Origin: Octopus vulgaris
Taxonomy: Eukaryota
Length of the DNA stretch: 64,000 bases
Assembly (NCBI GenBank): GCA_951406725.2
Contig: OX597816.1
Location: 12,958,001-13,022,000 of the forward strand
Direction of reading: 5' to 3'
In this document: positions 1 to 14,444 of the stretch, piece after piece
Numbering within the stretch: the first letter of the stretch is position 1
Layout of the letters: each line of letters starts with the position of its first letter
Notes under the pieces: model-generated
The model's input: only the letters and a program-made list of their open reading frames with translations
What the model was told of the DNA's origin: nothing
The model's database searches: none
Translations under genes and position numbers: made by a program

Positions 1-512
1 ATAATCATTACTTTCTCTGTGAACAATGGGGGGGGGAGGCCTTGCTGTGAAATGGAATGTGTTCTGTTAATTTGTTCAATTTGTTTTTACTTGTTTTGGG
101 GAGGCGTTACTCTGACGAGAAACCATCTTAAAAATGTGTGTAAACAGAAACAGCCAAAATAAAAATTATATCCATGTATAACGGATATTATGTCGGAGTA
201 AGGTGAAGACACATTTTTTTCATAGTAACACACATTAATAAAGAAATAAACACAGCAATATTAATTATTTCTCCTCTAGGCGCTAAACCCGAAATTTAAG
301 GGGAAGGACTACTCGATTACTTCGACCCCATTTCGCTTCACTGTCCTTGCTGCATCAAGCCACTGAAACAGTTCTTTTTCGAAGACGCCCATGAATCACA
401 GATACCGGAATGAATAATAAAAAAAAAACCCACTTCCTTCTAGGAGGGAAAATATAACAGTTTGGTTAGATTGTTTGCACCAGTTGTCTAACCAGGGCAT
501 GATTCACATAAT

Positions 513-838
513 GGTCATCATCATGATTGTTCGACCGTGGTCGAGACAATAGAATTTACCATGCTACGCCAGACTTCACGGTCCATCATGGCATTACGGA
601 GGTCCTGTTGCTGGATGCCTGTATCCCTGGAGATTACATCAGGGTAGGAGAGTGTGCGCCCTCTGGTATTGCGAATAGATGGCTTCCAGAGGAGATGAGT
701 AGAAATTGCCTCATTTTCAGCTCTACAACAATGTCCAGCAAACTGGACTCTCTTACCTTTCATAAGAGATGACACAGGTGGTAGTTTCCCATATATTTGC
801 ATAATGGTAGCGCATCTATTCGTGCATCTGAACTTCAT
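513..838 (-). mobile_element. 5'-truncated RTE-like non-LTR retrotransposon 3' end
   Basis: Translation IYGKLPPVSSLMKGKRVQFAGHCCRAENEAISTHLLWKP...GRTLSYPDVISRDTG...AMMDREVWR resembles an RTE-type ORF C-terminus; ends in a short (TGA)n tail. Confidence 0.75.
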
Positions 839-1351
839 GTGTTTATCTTTATCTTGATGCAGCTTCTTTAAACCATTCGTCAGTTGGTTTGGTTATTTGC
901 ATGTTATATATGTTCTACTGCACCTTTGCATAGTCTTTGAATTTCTATGACAGCGGTTTGATTCGTACTGGATGTTGGGTCTTCCTTACTTGAATCGGGA
1001 CCCCTGTCATGACAGACAGATTGCTTCTCCGCCACCAGAGAGGCGCTCATTTTCACGAAAGAAGGCCCTTTTTTTTTTTCGCCGATTAACACCTCACAAG
1101 GTTGAATTGAAATTCTCTTAATGTAAGTTTTAAGCTTCTTCCTGCTTTTTCATTGCCTTTAACGACTTCTTGCTCTGAAACATATTTTAGCTTTCTGTTT
1201 TCTTTTTTTTTTGACAAGCCTGCATATTATTTTCCTAAGTGAACAAGATGGTACTGGTGTGACTTAGTTCTTGCCGCTGTTGGTTTTACTGTGGACGTTT
1301 TACATTATTTTTGCCGAAGTCAAAATGACTGAAACAAGCAAAAGCATAAAA

Positions 1352-1387
<36 letters not shown>

Positions 1388-1433
1388 TGCACACACACAC
1401 ACACACACACACACAAACATGCACACACACACA

Positions 1434-1655
1434 CAGGGTGGGCAAAAGTCACCCGACAGTAAATCAAAATTTCATAAATACTGAATATTCATTCCAGTTA
1501 TGAATGTTTAATAATTGAATGCTGTAAGCTAAATCATCGCTTTTTTTTACATTTGTCTATTTATTAGCGAAGTCTCATATAAAATAATTTTTTTTGTTTT
1601 AATCTTGAAATTAAATAGACTTTGATTTACTGTCAGGTGACTTTTGGCCAACCTT
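1434..1655. mobile_element. Tc1/mariner-type MITE (~220 bp)
   Basis: Imperfect ~35-bp TIRs: cagggtgggcaaaagtcacccgacagtaaatcaaa / tttgatttactgtcaggtgacttttggccaacct. Confidence 0.75.
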
Positions 1656-2887
1656 TTATATAATATCTATGCATTTATATATATAGAATTTCGTATGCGT
1701 GCGTATATGTGCGTATATACATATGTATATGCGTGTTTCTATTCACGTTCTTATTCGTCTGTTACAACGTGCAATATACTTATAAACGTTGATTACAAAA
1801 GAAATCCGTGTCAAACTAAGTTTAAAATAAACTTATGAAACAAACCAATTTCCAAAGAATGTTTAACATGAACTTTAATTTCAGGTTTGATTCTTAGTCG
1901 ACAAAATGAAAGATTCTCTCAGTTATTTATAGTGGCCAACGGCAGCGAGTTGATAAAAATATGTCGGACATGAGACTAAATTCGTTTTATTAATTTTGTA
2001 TGCTAATATATTTTGGAGCAAAATCCGGAATAAAAGGAAAATGTTGATTGTCTGCGCCGGCAATAAATAGTCCATATAAGAGTTCATAAAACAGTTTGTT
2101 AAGATCGATTTCTATGAAGCGTGAAGGGACGAACAGTTCGGGTTCATGCCCTATAGCCGAGAGTGGGGAAGAGACAGAATGTTGGGTTGTCGCTTTGTGT
2201 TATAAGCCAGTCAATGGCTTTATGCTAATAAGATATTTTAGTCTAGCAGTAAATTAATAACAAGACCGTAACACACAGCCGAGTGTATTTCTTTGTCTAA
2301 GATACATTGGATTAATGTTTCGACCTAGTTTCATTTCGGATAAGTTTAAAGCGCCCGTTCTTGTATGGTGTTTTGCTGTGATATTTCATACATCGTTAGT
2401 TATGTAGTGTGAAGGAAACAAACTTAGCGGCAAACAATATTCTAATCTTTTGCGACGCGATGAGCAGACAGAAGCGTTAGTAGTCGGTGCAGAATGCTTA
2501 GCGGCATTTCGTCCGTCCCATCTTTACGTTCGACTTTACCTTTTTAAGGTTTCGGTATTAATAAAATAAGTACTGGTTGAGGTAATCGATTTACCTCCTC
2601 CCACGAACTTACTGGTCTGGTGCCAAAATTTGAAACTAATATTCTGATCTTCTCCGGAGATTAAATGAGGTAACTCAGTCTAGTTTTGTGCCTTGTTATA
2701 ACTTCTTCAGTAAAGAACAACCTTCAACATATTTGTCAGAGTAATGTTGTAATTATCACTTTTGTTAAATGTCCAAGATTTTATATACAGACTCATATTG
2801 TTTTCCACTAACCGCATATTTATTTTTATTGTTTTTAATCCACCACATCTCCCAGTCCAAATTAAATTTGATAATATTTATTTCCCA

Positions 2888-3292
2888 ACGGCGCCGGAGC
2901 GGCTGTGTGGTAGGTAGCTTACTTATCAACCACATGGTCGTGGGTTCAGTCCCACTGCATAGCACTTTGGGTAAGTGTCTTCTACCATAGCCTCAGGCCA
3001 AACAAAAGCCTTGTAGGTAGATTTAGTAGACGGGAACTGGAATAGACCATAATAAGGCGGAGAGCACGCCGGGCGAAATGCTTAGCGGTATTTCGTCTGC
3101 CGCTACGTTCTGAGTTCAAATTCCGCTGAGGTCGACATTGCCTTTCATCCTTTCGGGGTCGATAAATTAAGTACCAGTTACGTACTGGAGTCGATGTAAA
3201 TGAGTTAATCCCTTAGTCTATCCTTGTTTGTCCCCTCTATGTTTAGCTCCTTTTCAGCAATAAAGAAATGGGAAACTGGAAGAATACCGTCG

Positions 3293-3353
<61 letters not shown>

Positions 3354-3540
3354 ATGTATGTATGTATGTATGTATGTATGTATGTATGTATGTATGTATG
3401 TATGTGCTTGCATATGTTCATGCGTCTATGTTTGTCCCCCAACACCGCTTGACAACCTATGCTGGTTGGGGTCGATTTGCTCGACTAAAGACGGTGCTCC
3501 AGCATGGCCGCAGTCAAATGACTGAATCAAGTAAAAGAAA
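2888..3540 (+). mobile_element. SINE family A copy with nested family B SINE (~3053-3268) and internal (TA)n(TATG)n
   Basis: Family A head and tail (ggtgctccagcatggccgcagtcaaatgactgaa) interrupted by the family B sequence gcacgccgggcgaaatgcttagcgg... Confidence 0.85.
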
Positions 3541-3649
3541 CGGAGTATCGTGCCGATATTGCATCTAGTCTAGTTAGTTTCCTCACAAAAGAGTTTCATA
3601 TGTAAACTAAACTATCCAATACTTTAGATAATGGCTTAACCTTACGGAA

Positions 3650-3940
3650 TACACACCTTCTCGACTTACGACCACAAAAAATAAAAATACGTAAATAAGT
3701 AATCGATTTTTGGACGTTGGGCAGTTGCGCGTACGATAACTATGGCAGCATCAGGCAAAGCAAGCCTCTCTCAGACCCAGGTATCCACTGCCCGCCATTG
3801 ATTCTCACTCAGTCACTTTCAAGCAGCAGTTGCATGAATGAAAATAGAGTTGAAAAATAGAAATCCGACATACGACTAGATCGACTTACGTCCTGTCAGT
3901 GGGAACGGTACTCAGTCGTAAGTCGAGGAAAAGGTGCATA
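3650..3940. mobile_element. pogo/Tigger-like MITE
   Basis: Inverted ends caccttctcgacttacgac / gtcgtaagtcgaggaaaaggtg with TA near both ends. Confidence 0.6.
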
Positions 3941-4058
3941 TTTCAACGTGTAATATCTAATGTTATATATTACTTCTCTTTTGTGCATTTACTTCAATTT
4001 TTTTTAAATTCCAGCTCATAGCTGCGGCCATGCTGATGCACCGCCGTTAAAGTATGTG

Positions 4059-4177
4059 ACGCTTACAGCACCTAGGTTTCATAAGCGGTACCCATCTAAG
4101 TACTAGCTAGGATCGACGTTGCTTAACGTCCGTAATCGGACCAGAACATGTGCTTTCAACGTGATATGGCCGTAAGC
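4059..4177 (-). pseudogene. Full-length, diverged 5S rRNA copy (probable head of a 5S-derived SINE spanning ~4000-4177)
   Basis: Minus strand gcttacggccatatcacgttgaaagcac...gttaagcaacgtcgatcctagctagtacttagatgggtaccgc...ctgtaagc matches metazoan 5S rRNA over ~119 nt, with a terminal helix; has substitutions and no T4+ terminator. Confidence 0.85.
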
Positions 4178-4400
4178 GCCATATCATAAATTTCTGATAT
4201 CATAAATTGCTGACTATTTATTAAATGGATATATCATGAGTTTATTGAAAGATACGTACAATAGTAATGTAAATAAATCCACCCAAATCTTATAATTTTC
4301 TATGGATTTTTTTTTACGATGTGAAGAAATCAACGAAGTTAAAATGACTTTACATAATTCGCAGTGTATCCATATTGAGTTTCAAAGTAATGGTTAATTG

Positions 4401-4782
4401 TGGAGGCGCAATGGCCTACTGATTAGGGCAGCGGACTCGCGCTCGTAGGATCGCGGTTTCGATTCCCAGACCGGATGTTGTGAGTGTTTATTGAGCGAAA
4501 ACTCCTAAAAGATCTACGAGGCTTCGGCAGGGGGTGGCGGCGAACCCTGCTCTTCTCTTTCACCTCGACTTTCTCTCACTCTTTCTTCCTGTTTCTGTTG
4601 TACCTGTATTTCAAAGGGCCAGCCTTGTCACACTCTCTGTCATGCTGAATCTCCCTGAGAACTACATTAAGGGTACACATGTCTGTAGATTGCTCGGCCA
4701 CTTGCATGTTAATTTCACGAGCAGGCTGTTCCGTTGATTGGATCAACTGGAACTCTCGTCTTCGTAACCGACGGAGTGCCAC
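4401..4782 (+). mobile_element. tRNA-headed SINE family C
   Basis: A-box/B-box-like head (tggcctactg...gtttcgattccc); body shared with copies at 16.3, 47.6, 48.8 and 60.8 kb; ggttaattg repeated on both flanks. Confidence 0.85.
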
Positions 4783-5017
4783 GAAGGGTTAATTGCTTGT
4801 TTTTAAAAACATTTTGAACCTGCTTTCCTTCAAAATGCGCATACACACACACACACACACACACACAAATAGGATACAAAAACGTCTATCCCAAATGCTC
4901 GTATCATTTGTTTTTCTGAGATTGTTCTAAATAGTTAATTATTAAGAATATATAATTTCACATATATGGAAGGCATCAAATATCTTTTGCAAAAACTTAT
5001 ATGTATCTCTGTGTATG

Positions 5018-5068
<51 letters not shown>

Positions 5069-5149
5069 TGCGTGTGTGTGTATGTGTGTAATTATATAGC
5101 AATCGACAGTCTAGTTTCGGAGCCTACAGCAGACAGACATATAGATATA

Positions 5150-5680
5150 TATTTCCAGTGAGTAAAGGACCAACGTCGATATATGGAATCGATTCTTGTA
5201 AAAATAATTCGCAAAGAACCAAAAAAGAAGCGTCTCTTTCACCATGTCGAAACAAGTCATTATTTCTAAGAGTCTGCAAGAGACATACGCGACAAACCGT
5301 ATTAATCCGAAAAAGATTAGAAGAGCTTCACCGGGGTGTGTTTCACTCATGTAAACTAATTCAACGACTGCTGCAAATACGATTAATGAGACAGACACAG
5401 AATGGTAAACATTCAAGTGAAAAGATGGAAGAAGTTCGGATCCTTTGAGCATAGATCGAAGTAGATTTGGAGAGAAAACTTATAAAGGAAATGTAACTGC
5501 CTTGCCAATTTATCTTGCCATTAAAAGGGAGAACTTAAGAAGAAATAAATGCATTGGAAGACACTTCAGTGTTTCATTACAGAACATCTTGGAACGGAAT
5601 ATAACGACATATTTCATAAAAGTTGCACATGAAGAAATTTTCACATTAAGAAAGATAGGAAATATGAAAAGGTGAAGAAT
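5150..5680 (+). mobile_element. Possible decayed PLE N-terminal coding remnant
   Basis: A-rich broken ORFs (..RNKSLFLRVCKRH...LIQRLLQIRL..) loosely resembling PLE N-terminal regions, set between microsatellites. Confidence 0.3.
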
Positions 5681-5826
5681 TGGCTTTAGGTCAAATGTGT
5701 TATTTATGCATAGAAGTGCATGTGTTTATGCGTACGTACATACCTTCATACATACATATATACACGTCTGTAAATAAATAGATACATTAAAATAAATATT
5801 TATGCATATATGTATGTATATATATA

Positions 5827-5867
<41 letters not shown>

Positions 5868-6168
5868 TATATATACATATGATGTATGAATATATGTCTG
5901 TCTGTCTGTCCTTCTATCTATCTATAAATGTGTGTGTATATATACACAGTTGGAGAAACATTGATAGATATGTATATATACATATATGTATGATGTACGA
6001 ATGTATATACATATCCATTCGAATGTGTGTCTTTTAGCCTACCAATCAATGTACCTACATGTAGATATTTACCTAAAGATACATACATATATATATATAT
6101 ACATACATATACATACATACATACATACACACACACACACGCACACACACACACACATATATATATAT

Positions 6169-6205
<37 letters not shown>

Positions 6206-6241
6206 GAGATAGATTTATATATATATCTATGTATATATATG

Positions 6242-6277
<36 letters not shown>

Positions 6278-6328
6278 TAGATAAATAGATAGATTGATAG
6301 ATAGATAGATAAATAGATAAATAGATAA

Positions 6329-6407
<79 letters not shown>

Positions 6408-7487
6408 TAAGTATATGCTTCTATATATACAAACCATATAATTTCTATGTACTTGTACATATAGACAGACAAGCACTCATACACATACTTATATAAGTAG
6501 AAAGAAGAGAATATGAAGCCCCGATCAAACACAAACTACTGCTGCTGCTAAAACATCAGAGTGAATATTCTGAAGCCGAATTTAAAAGATACACAAATTT
6601 GCATTTATATACATTTGCCAATTGTCCAAATGAAATATATTGATTATTAAGTTTTATCTGTGTTGCCAAGTGAAGGAAGACAGTGACTGAAAGATCTCAG
6701 CTGACAATGGTTGGCTTGTTTTCGACTGATAGAAGATTTACCGTAGTGGCATAGTTCATAACTACCATATACTGCATTAGTATTAGGTTTATAATATTTT
6801 ATTAATTGTTAAGCTAGCGAGCAGGCAAAATCGTAAGCACACTTAATGGCATTTCGTCCGTCACTAGTCACTACGTTCTAAGTTCATGGCTAAATCTGCC
6901 CTCCTTTTATTCGGGAGTCGATAAAATAAGTACCAGTTGAGTACTGGGGTCGATATAATCGAATTGCACTCCCACCCCGCCAAAAATTGATGGCTTTCTG
7001 CCAAAATTTAAGACCAATTATAATCAGTTGATGAAATTATTTTATGGACTCCCTCCCCACTTTAAGCAAGGTGTTTTTCGATCTCATTATAATATTTATA
7101 TCTATAAACACCTTACTGGTAATTTTCATTCACACCCCAACACCCAACTGGCAACGAATATTAGACAATAATCTTTTGATTATCAACCACCCCTTCAAAT
7201 GTAAATACTTATTCGTGTAATTGAGCTATGTCACACTATATATTACATGTACCATCACAAATTTAATTCAGTTTTCATCACAACTGTCCAATGAACGGGA
7301 ACGTGAAACTCTGAGTAACAGTTTTTGCAATAATTTTGCAGCTTTCATAAAAGTATATTACTCTACATTTGGTATTCGAGTACTATTTTTTCCACGTTGC
7401 ATTGCACTTATGTGGTCATCTATACACACACATACACACACACACACAATCACATAAATATATATATTAGAAACACTTTATTTTTTC

Positions 7488-7897
7488 ATTTACTTTTATT
7501 TGTTTCAGTCATTTGACTGCGGCCATGCTGGAGCACCGCCTTTAGTCGAGCAAATCGACCCCAGGACTTATTCTTTGTAAGCCTAGAACTTATTCGATCG
7601 GTTTCTGTTGACGAACCGCTACATGACGGGGACGTGAACACACCAGCATCGGTTGTCAGGTGATGTTGGGGGGGGGGAGCCAAACACAGACACACAAACA
7701 TATACATACATACATACACATACATACATATACGACGGGTTTCTTTCAGTTTCCGTCTACCAAATCCACTCACAAGGCTTTGGTCGGCCCCAGGCTATAG
7801 TAGAAGACAATTGCCCAAGGTGCCACGCAGTGGGACTGAACCAGGAACTATGTTGTTGCTAAGCAAGTTTCTTACCACATAGCCACTTCTGCGCCTA
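7488..7897 (-). mobile_element. SINE family A, full length
   Basis: Reverse complement of the family A consensus including head, internal CA/TA repeat and tail. Confidence 0.9.
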
Positions 7898-8322
7898 TTA
7901 AAATTTTAAATTAAAATTGTGTTTTGGGTATGTCTCTAGTCCCTTTGTTTTCTCCGATATTTCCTATTTGTATCCCCAGCAACTTAATCCGTTCGTTGCC
8001 ATTCCTCGTGCCTCTAAAATGTATAGTAGATACGACTGCTATCAACATGTTCCAGTTAAGCTTTCGAACGTAACATCATTTACGTAACAAGAAGCCAAAT
8101 TTTATCACTTGAAGAGATGCTTCTACACTGCGGTGTACATTGCAATTCATTGTATAGTTTCCCACCGAAAAGACAGCGGTGCAGGATGTGTTGAAATGAC
8201 CTTTGTGGTAAATAAAGTTTATAGTATGTTCTATATTACGTATGTATAGTCTCTATTATCTATATATAGACAAATATGCGTGAATTTTACGCACGTGTGA
8301 ATGTATTTACGGAATTCAATAC

Positions 8323-8375
<53 letters not shown>

Positions 8376-8527
8376 GGCGGCGTGTTGGCAGAAACGTTAG
8401 CCGTTACGTTCTGAGTTCAAATTTCACCGAGGTTGACTTTGCCTTTTATCCTTTCGGGGTCGATTAAATAGTACCAGTTACACACTGGGGTCGATGTAAT
8501 CGACTTAATCTCTTCGTTTGTCCCTCC

Positions 8528-8603
<76 letters not shown>

Positions 8604-8949
8604 GTAGGAGTGTGTGTGTGGTATGGGTGCAGGAGTGGCTTGATTACCAACCACATGGTTCCAGGTTCATTCCCACTGCGTGGTACCTCGGGTAAATGTC
8701 TTCTACTATAGCTTCGGGCCGACCAAAGCCTTGTGAGTGGATTTGCTAGACGGAAACTGAAAGAAGCCCGTCCTATGTGTGTGTGTGTGTCTGTATGTGT
8801 GTGTCTGTGTGTATGTATGTTTGTGTGTCTGTGTTTGTGAGAATTTGGTATTAAGAAAGAATATATTTAATGCGGGATGCAATACTGAATATTACGTGGA
8901 GAAAATTAATTAAAATTTTTTAAACGTAATTAAACATTAATTAAACGTA

Positions 8950-9171
8950 TACGAGGGGAAGTCTGAAAATTTGCTGGTTTTGTGTAAAAGAAAATACAAG
9001 AGGATGAGTTAATTATGATTTTATTCAACATATTCCCCTTTCAGATTCACACACTTATTGCAGCGATTCTTCAGTTTTTCTAAACCCTGTAAAAAAACTC
9101 GGAAGGTTGGGCCTCCAGCCAGGCCTTTCCCGAAATCCTTAAAGCCAGGAAATTTACCTGACCGCCTCGTA
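8950..9171 (-). mobile_element. Internally deleted mariner (MITE-like)
   Basis: TA-flanked imperfect TIRs (tacgagggg... / ...ccgcctcgta); minus strand encodes a mariner-like C-terminus FLQGLEKLKNRCNKCVNLKGEYVE*. Confidence 0.8.
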
Positions 9172-9789
9172 AGGTGGCGAGATGGGAAAATCGTGAGACT
9201 GTTGGGCAAGATGCTTTGCTGTATTTTTTTTGACACTCTACGCTCTGAGTTCAAATCTCGCTTTGGTCAACGTTACCTTTCATTTCTTTGGAGCCGTTAA
9301 AATAAAATTGTCAGTCAAGTATTGGAGTCGATGTAATTGATTTGTCGCACCTCACTCAAAAGTTGTTGGCCTTGAATTCTGCGATGCAACCGGCATCTCT
9401 GAAGAATGGTGAGATCTTGGAAGCGTTATAACTGGTGTAAGGATTTCTAAAGAACGCGAAAAATGGCACAGAAACCATAACATGAAAGAAAGTCCCTTTG
9501 TTAGTGAAAACGGCATTCAAGAGGGCCATTGAGAAACCTCCCTAATTTTTAAGACCGCAGAATGATTTCATAATGTTTTGGGGTGAAAATAATTCTATGA
9601 TTAGATAAAATAGTATCATGACATTGGAATCTTTCCCAACATTATATTTAGAAGAACAGAGAATCATAGGTAGTATTAATTGATTAAAAGTTATTTACGG
9701 TTAACCACATTATTTATGGTGGCCTTCTCTAAACTATGTGGTCTTACTGAAGTCACCCATGGGAAATTTTCTAAAGCCATTATACATAA

Positions 9790-9833
<44 letters not shown>

Positions 9834-10109
9834 CAGTCGTTATTGAGATGAAGTTACTGAGCCGTATCCGATAAACTTCGGATATTAATGAAAGACGAAA
9901 CATGAAGTCATTAACACCTTATCACTGTTTCGTTAAAACTTTTCTTCTTTAAGCGTAAGAAATACTTTCAATAGCATTGGCTCATTCTGGGATTTTTCAT
10001 ATTGCTAAGTTATAGTAACGTGTTCATTTAGAATAGATGTACTTAAATGGGGCCCACATGGCCCTTAGGGGGCGAGGTACAACTAAGATTTTGGCCATAT
10101 ATGAATATA

Positions 10110-10340
<231 letters not shown>

Positions 10341-10693
10341 TGAAGATTTTAATGCTAAAATTTATATGCAATGGATTGGTTGTGCTTCTATAATACTCGA
10401 AATATCTTGTTTATTCTTTCGTTCTTTTATTTGTTTCGGTCATTTGACTGCGCTCATGCTGGAGCTGCGTCTTTTAGTCGAACAAATCGACCCCAGGAGT
10501 TATTCCATCTAAGCCTAGTACTTATGCTATCGATATCATTTGCCGAACCACCGCTGAGTTCCGGATACGTAAACACACCAACAGCGGTTATCAAGCGATG
10601 GTAGCGGGGACAAACACAGAACACAAATACATAAATATATACATACACATATATTATTTATTATCTTTTAATTGAACGTGACGCATCCCTTTC

Positions 10694-10746
<53 letters not shown>

Positions 10747-10824
10747 TATATATATATATGTATGTCTGTATGTATATATGTAATTATAAAAAAAAGTATA
10801 TAAAAGATACCACCCTGCTTGAAA

Positions 10825-10894
<70 letters not shown>

Positions 10895-10958
10895 TAGGTC
10901 ACTGCCTGGAATCTTGGGGTTAGTAGCCCGAGCCCGCGCCCTTATCCACTACGCCCTA
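10825..10958 (-). mobile_element. Short tRNA-only SINE (family D), internally deleted, with (AAT)n tail
   Basis: Minus strand ggcgtagtggataagggcgcggg...ctactaaccccaagattccaggcagtgacct followed by (AAT)n. Confidence 0.65.
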
Positions 10959-11803
10959 TGCAGTATTTGTTCCGACTCTTCATATTCCAAGTTCAAAATC
11001 CATAGGCGGCCAGCTGGCAGTGTCTTAGCGTCTCAGACTAAACGCTTAGCGGCATTTCATCTGTCTTTACGGTCTGAGGTCAAATGCCGCGCAGGTTCAG
11101 TTTTACATTCCGTGATCGTTGGAAGAAGTATCAATTGAGCGCACTGGTGGATGTAATCAACTGGATATCTCACCCAAAATTCCAGGCACTTTGCCTGTAG
11201 TACAAAGGAATATTCTGTAATGAATCAGAAGTGACTCACTGAGAGTTTTCCTCTCTTTTTCTAGTTTATGATATTGAATTTCAGGAATTTGCTTCAGAAT
11301 TCAGTTGCAGGCAAAGATCTGTGGATTCACTTTAAATCCATTCTCTTTCTTTAAGTTCATTTGTTGCATTACGATTGGATATGATTCTGTGAACAGAGTT
11401 TAGCGAAATGGTAAGCGCCTTTGATTACATCAACCATGAATGAAATTACAAAACCAGTGGAGCAGCACTTCAGTTTCTGCAAGTCCATAAACCTTGCAAG
11501 AATGTCATTGATTAGTTCTTGTAATTTGCCTTTGTTTTCTTCAAGCTTTTGATCTTATATTTCAATATCAGTTAATGCCTGTATCCCCGTAATGAAATCA
11601 GGGACGTAATTGAGGGTTGCTAGTAATATATCTCTGAAAGCAACACCTAGAATATACTGAACGCCTAAAATGGTCTTGAGCACCTATAGTACATGACGTA
11701 TTATTTCATCAAAAAAATATTTTGAATTTATTCATCAATTTCTGGTTGAGGATTAGATTTCAATTTTTTAATTTATTTTGCTGGAAACACATAAGGAACA
11801 TAG

Positions 11804-11974
11804 ACGTAGGAGTGGCAGTGTGGTAAGTAGCTTGCTTACGGACCACATGGTTCTGGGTTCAGTTCCACTACGTGTTACCTTGGGAAAGTGTCTTCTACTA
11901 TAGACCTCGGACCGACCAAAGCCTTGTGAGTGGATTTGGTAGACGGAAACCAAAAGAAGCTCGTCGTATATATG

Positions 11975-12011
<37 letters not shown>

Positions 12012-12245
12012 TTGTGTGTGTGTGCGTATATTTGTGTGTCTGTGTTTGTCCCCCCCACCCAACATGGCTTGACAACCGATGCTGACGTGTTTACGTCCCT
12101 GTAACTTAGTGGTTCGGCAAAAGAGACCGATAGAATATGTGCTAGGCTTACAAAGAATAAGTCCTGGGGTCGATTTGCTCGACTAAAGGCGGTGATCCAG
12201 CATGGCCGCAGTCAAATGACTGAAACAAATAAAAATAAAAGAAAA
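11804..12245 (+). mobile_element. SINE family A, full length
   Basis: tRNA-like head, ccttgggaaagtgtcttct central motif, internal (TA)(TG) repeat, conserved tail. Confidence 0.9.
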
Positions 12246-12794
12246 AATAAAGTGTTACTAATATCTATTACGTCATATGCTTTCGTAGTTTATCCCTAAA
12301 CATGCATTCATTGCGTAAATTTGAAATCCAAATAATTCTGGAAATAATCATAGCGTCTTTCACGGACTCCGTCATGCAATCAATCATTCCTTCTCTATTT
12401 TAAGAGGTAGAGTGAGAGTTCAAAACGATTTGACTATCATATCTAGCAGGTCGCCCGGACGCTCAAACGAGTGGTTTTCAGTGGAGGCTTAGTGGGTAGG
12501 CTGCTGGACTCATGATCGTAAGATTGTGGTTTCCATTCCTGGACCGAGCGCAACGTTCTGTTCTTGAGTAATCATGTGACGGATCGGTGTCCTGTCCTAG
12601 ATGGGGAATCTCTATGCCACGAAAACCAGGAAACCGGCCCCTATATGACGGTATCACACGAGAAAATATCTTTACCTTTTTTTATTAGTGTTTCTTAACC
12701 ACTCCTTAACAGTTGACCCCTTTGGTTCCCATTTAACTTGAATGGGCCCTCAGCCATTCGATGTTTAAAAAAAATTCTATTATATTTTCAGAAT

Positions 12795-13275
<481 letters not shown>

Positions 13276-13727
13276 AAATATTATTAAGAATTGCATGTTA
13301 AAAAAAAATTAACATATTTGATGTTTTGAAAACGAATAAGCCATTTATTGCACATAAAGTTAAACCAGAGTTTATATCAGTGGTTCCCCAACCTTTTCAC
13401 AGTGGCTCCCATCAGTGGTTCCCAGGCTTTTTATTTAAATGAATTTTCCCACGACCCCCTTTTAATATGCTACCTTTATATATATATATAAATCTGTCAA
13501 AATGATGTGTTATAACACTATTCCACATATACAAAAACAAACATAACAACAAACCAACATGCGTCCGTCATTAGCTGCCCCACGGATATCATCATGGTTT
13601 CGACACCCGGACAGTACTATTCAATCCACCGGTGTCAACAGCACTAAAAGAAGTGTTGTTTGAAAATAAACATGCCCCGCCAAACTCCCACACTTTTATC
13701 CTATGTACAACACTATTCAATCAATCT

Positions 13728-14100
13728 CACTGGCTGTGTGTTAAGTAGCTTGCTTATGAACCACATGGTTCAGGGTTCAATCACACTGCGTGGCACTTTG
13801 AGCAAGTGTCTTCTACTATAGCCTTGGGCCGACCAAAGCTTTCTGACTAGATTTGGTAGACGTAAACTGAAAGAAGTCCGTCGTATATATGTATGTATAT
13901 ATATATAAATGTATGTGTGTATGTTTGTGTCTGCGTTTGTCCCCCCAACATCGCTTTACAACCGATGCTGGTGTGTTTACACCCCCTAACTTAGTTGTTC
14001 GGCAAAAGAGACTGATAGAATAAGTTCTGGGATCGATTTGCTCGACTAAAGGCGGTGCTCCAGCATGGCCACAATCAAATGACTGAAACAAATAAAAGAA
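13728..14100 (+). mobile_element. SINE family A nested in the hAT element
   Basis: Family A head-to-tail match. Confidence 0.85.
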
Positions 14101-14218
14101 AAATATATATGTGTGTCTATATATATATAGGGAGAGTTTACTAAAAACCAAAAGACGAAGACAGGTGGTGTACAAAATAAACAGATGGATTAGTATAACG
14201 CTCAGGATTAGAAAAAGT

Positions 14219-14254
14219 CTTTTACGTTTCGAGCCTACGCTCTTCTACAGAAAG
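14219..14254 (-). ncRNA. Minimal type I hammerhead ribozyme-like motif (PLE terminal-repeat type)
   Basis: cttt-CTGTAGA-a-gagc-gtag-gctc-GAAA-cg-TA-aaag: stems I and II intact, core variant; related copies at ~22945 and ~41065. Confidence 0.65.
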
Positions 14255-14316
14255 GGACAAAGAAACAACAATGAGAGAAAAAAATGTGTGTAGTGGCTAA
14301 CGATCTATCATGGCGA

Positions 14317-14401
<85 letters not shown>

Positions 14402-14444
14402 ATGAAAGAATGGAGTCGAACGACGATTTAACAAAATTCCTTTA

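Noticed and set aside
4059-4177. Functional 5S rRNA gene
   Set aside because: Solitary copy with substitutions and an indel in the internal control region, and no oligo-T terminator
4401-4475. tRNA genes at SINE heads (also 10110, 49030, 60805)
   Set aside because: A/B-box-like motifs are present but there is no clean cloverleaf, and they continue into repeated SINE bodies or tails
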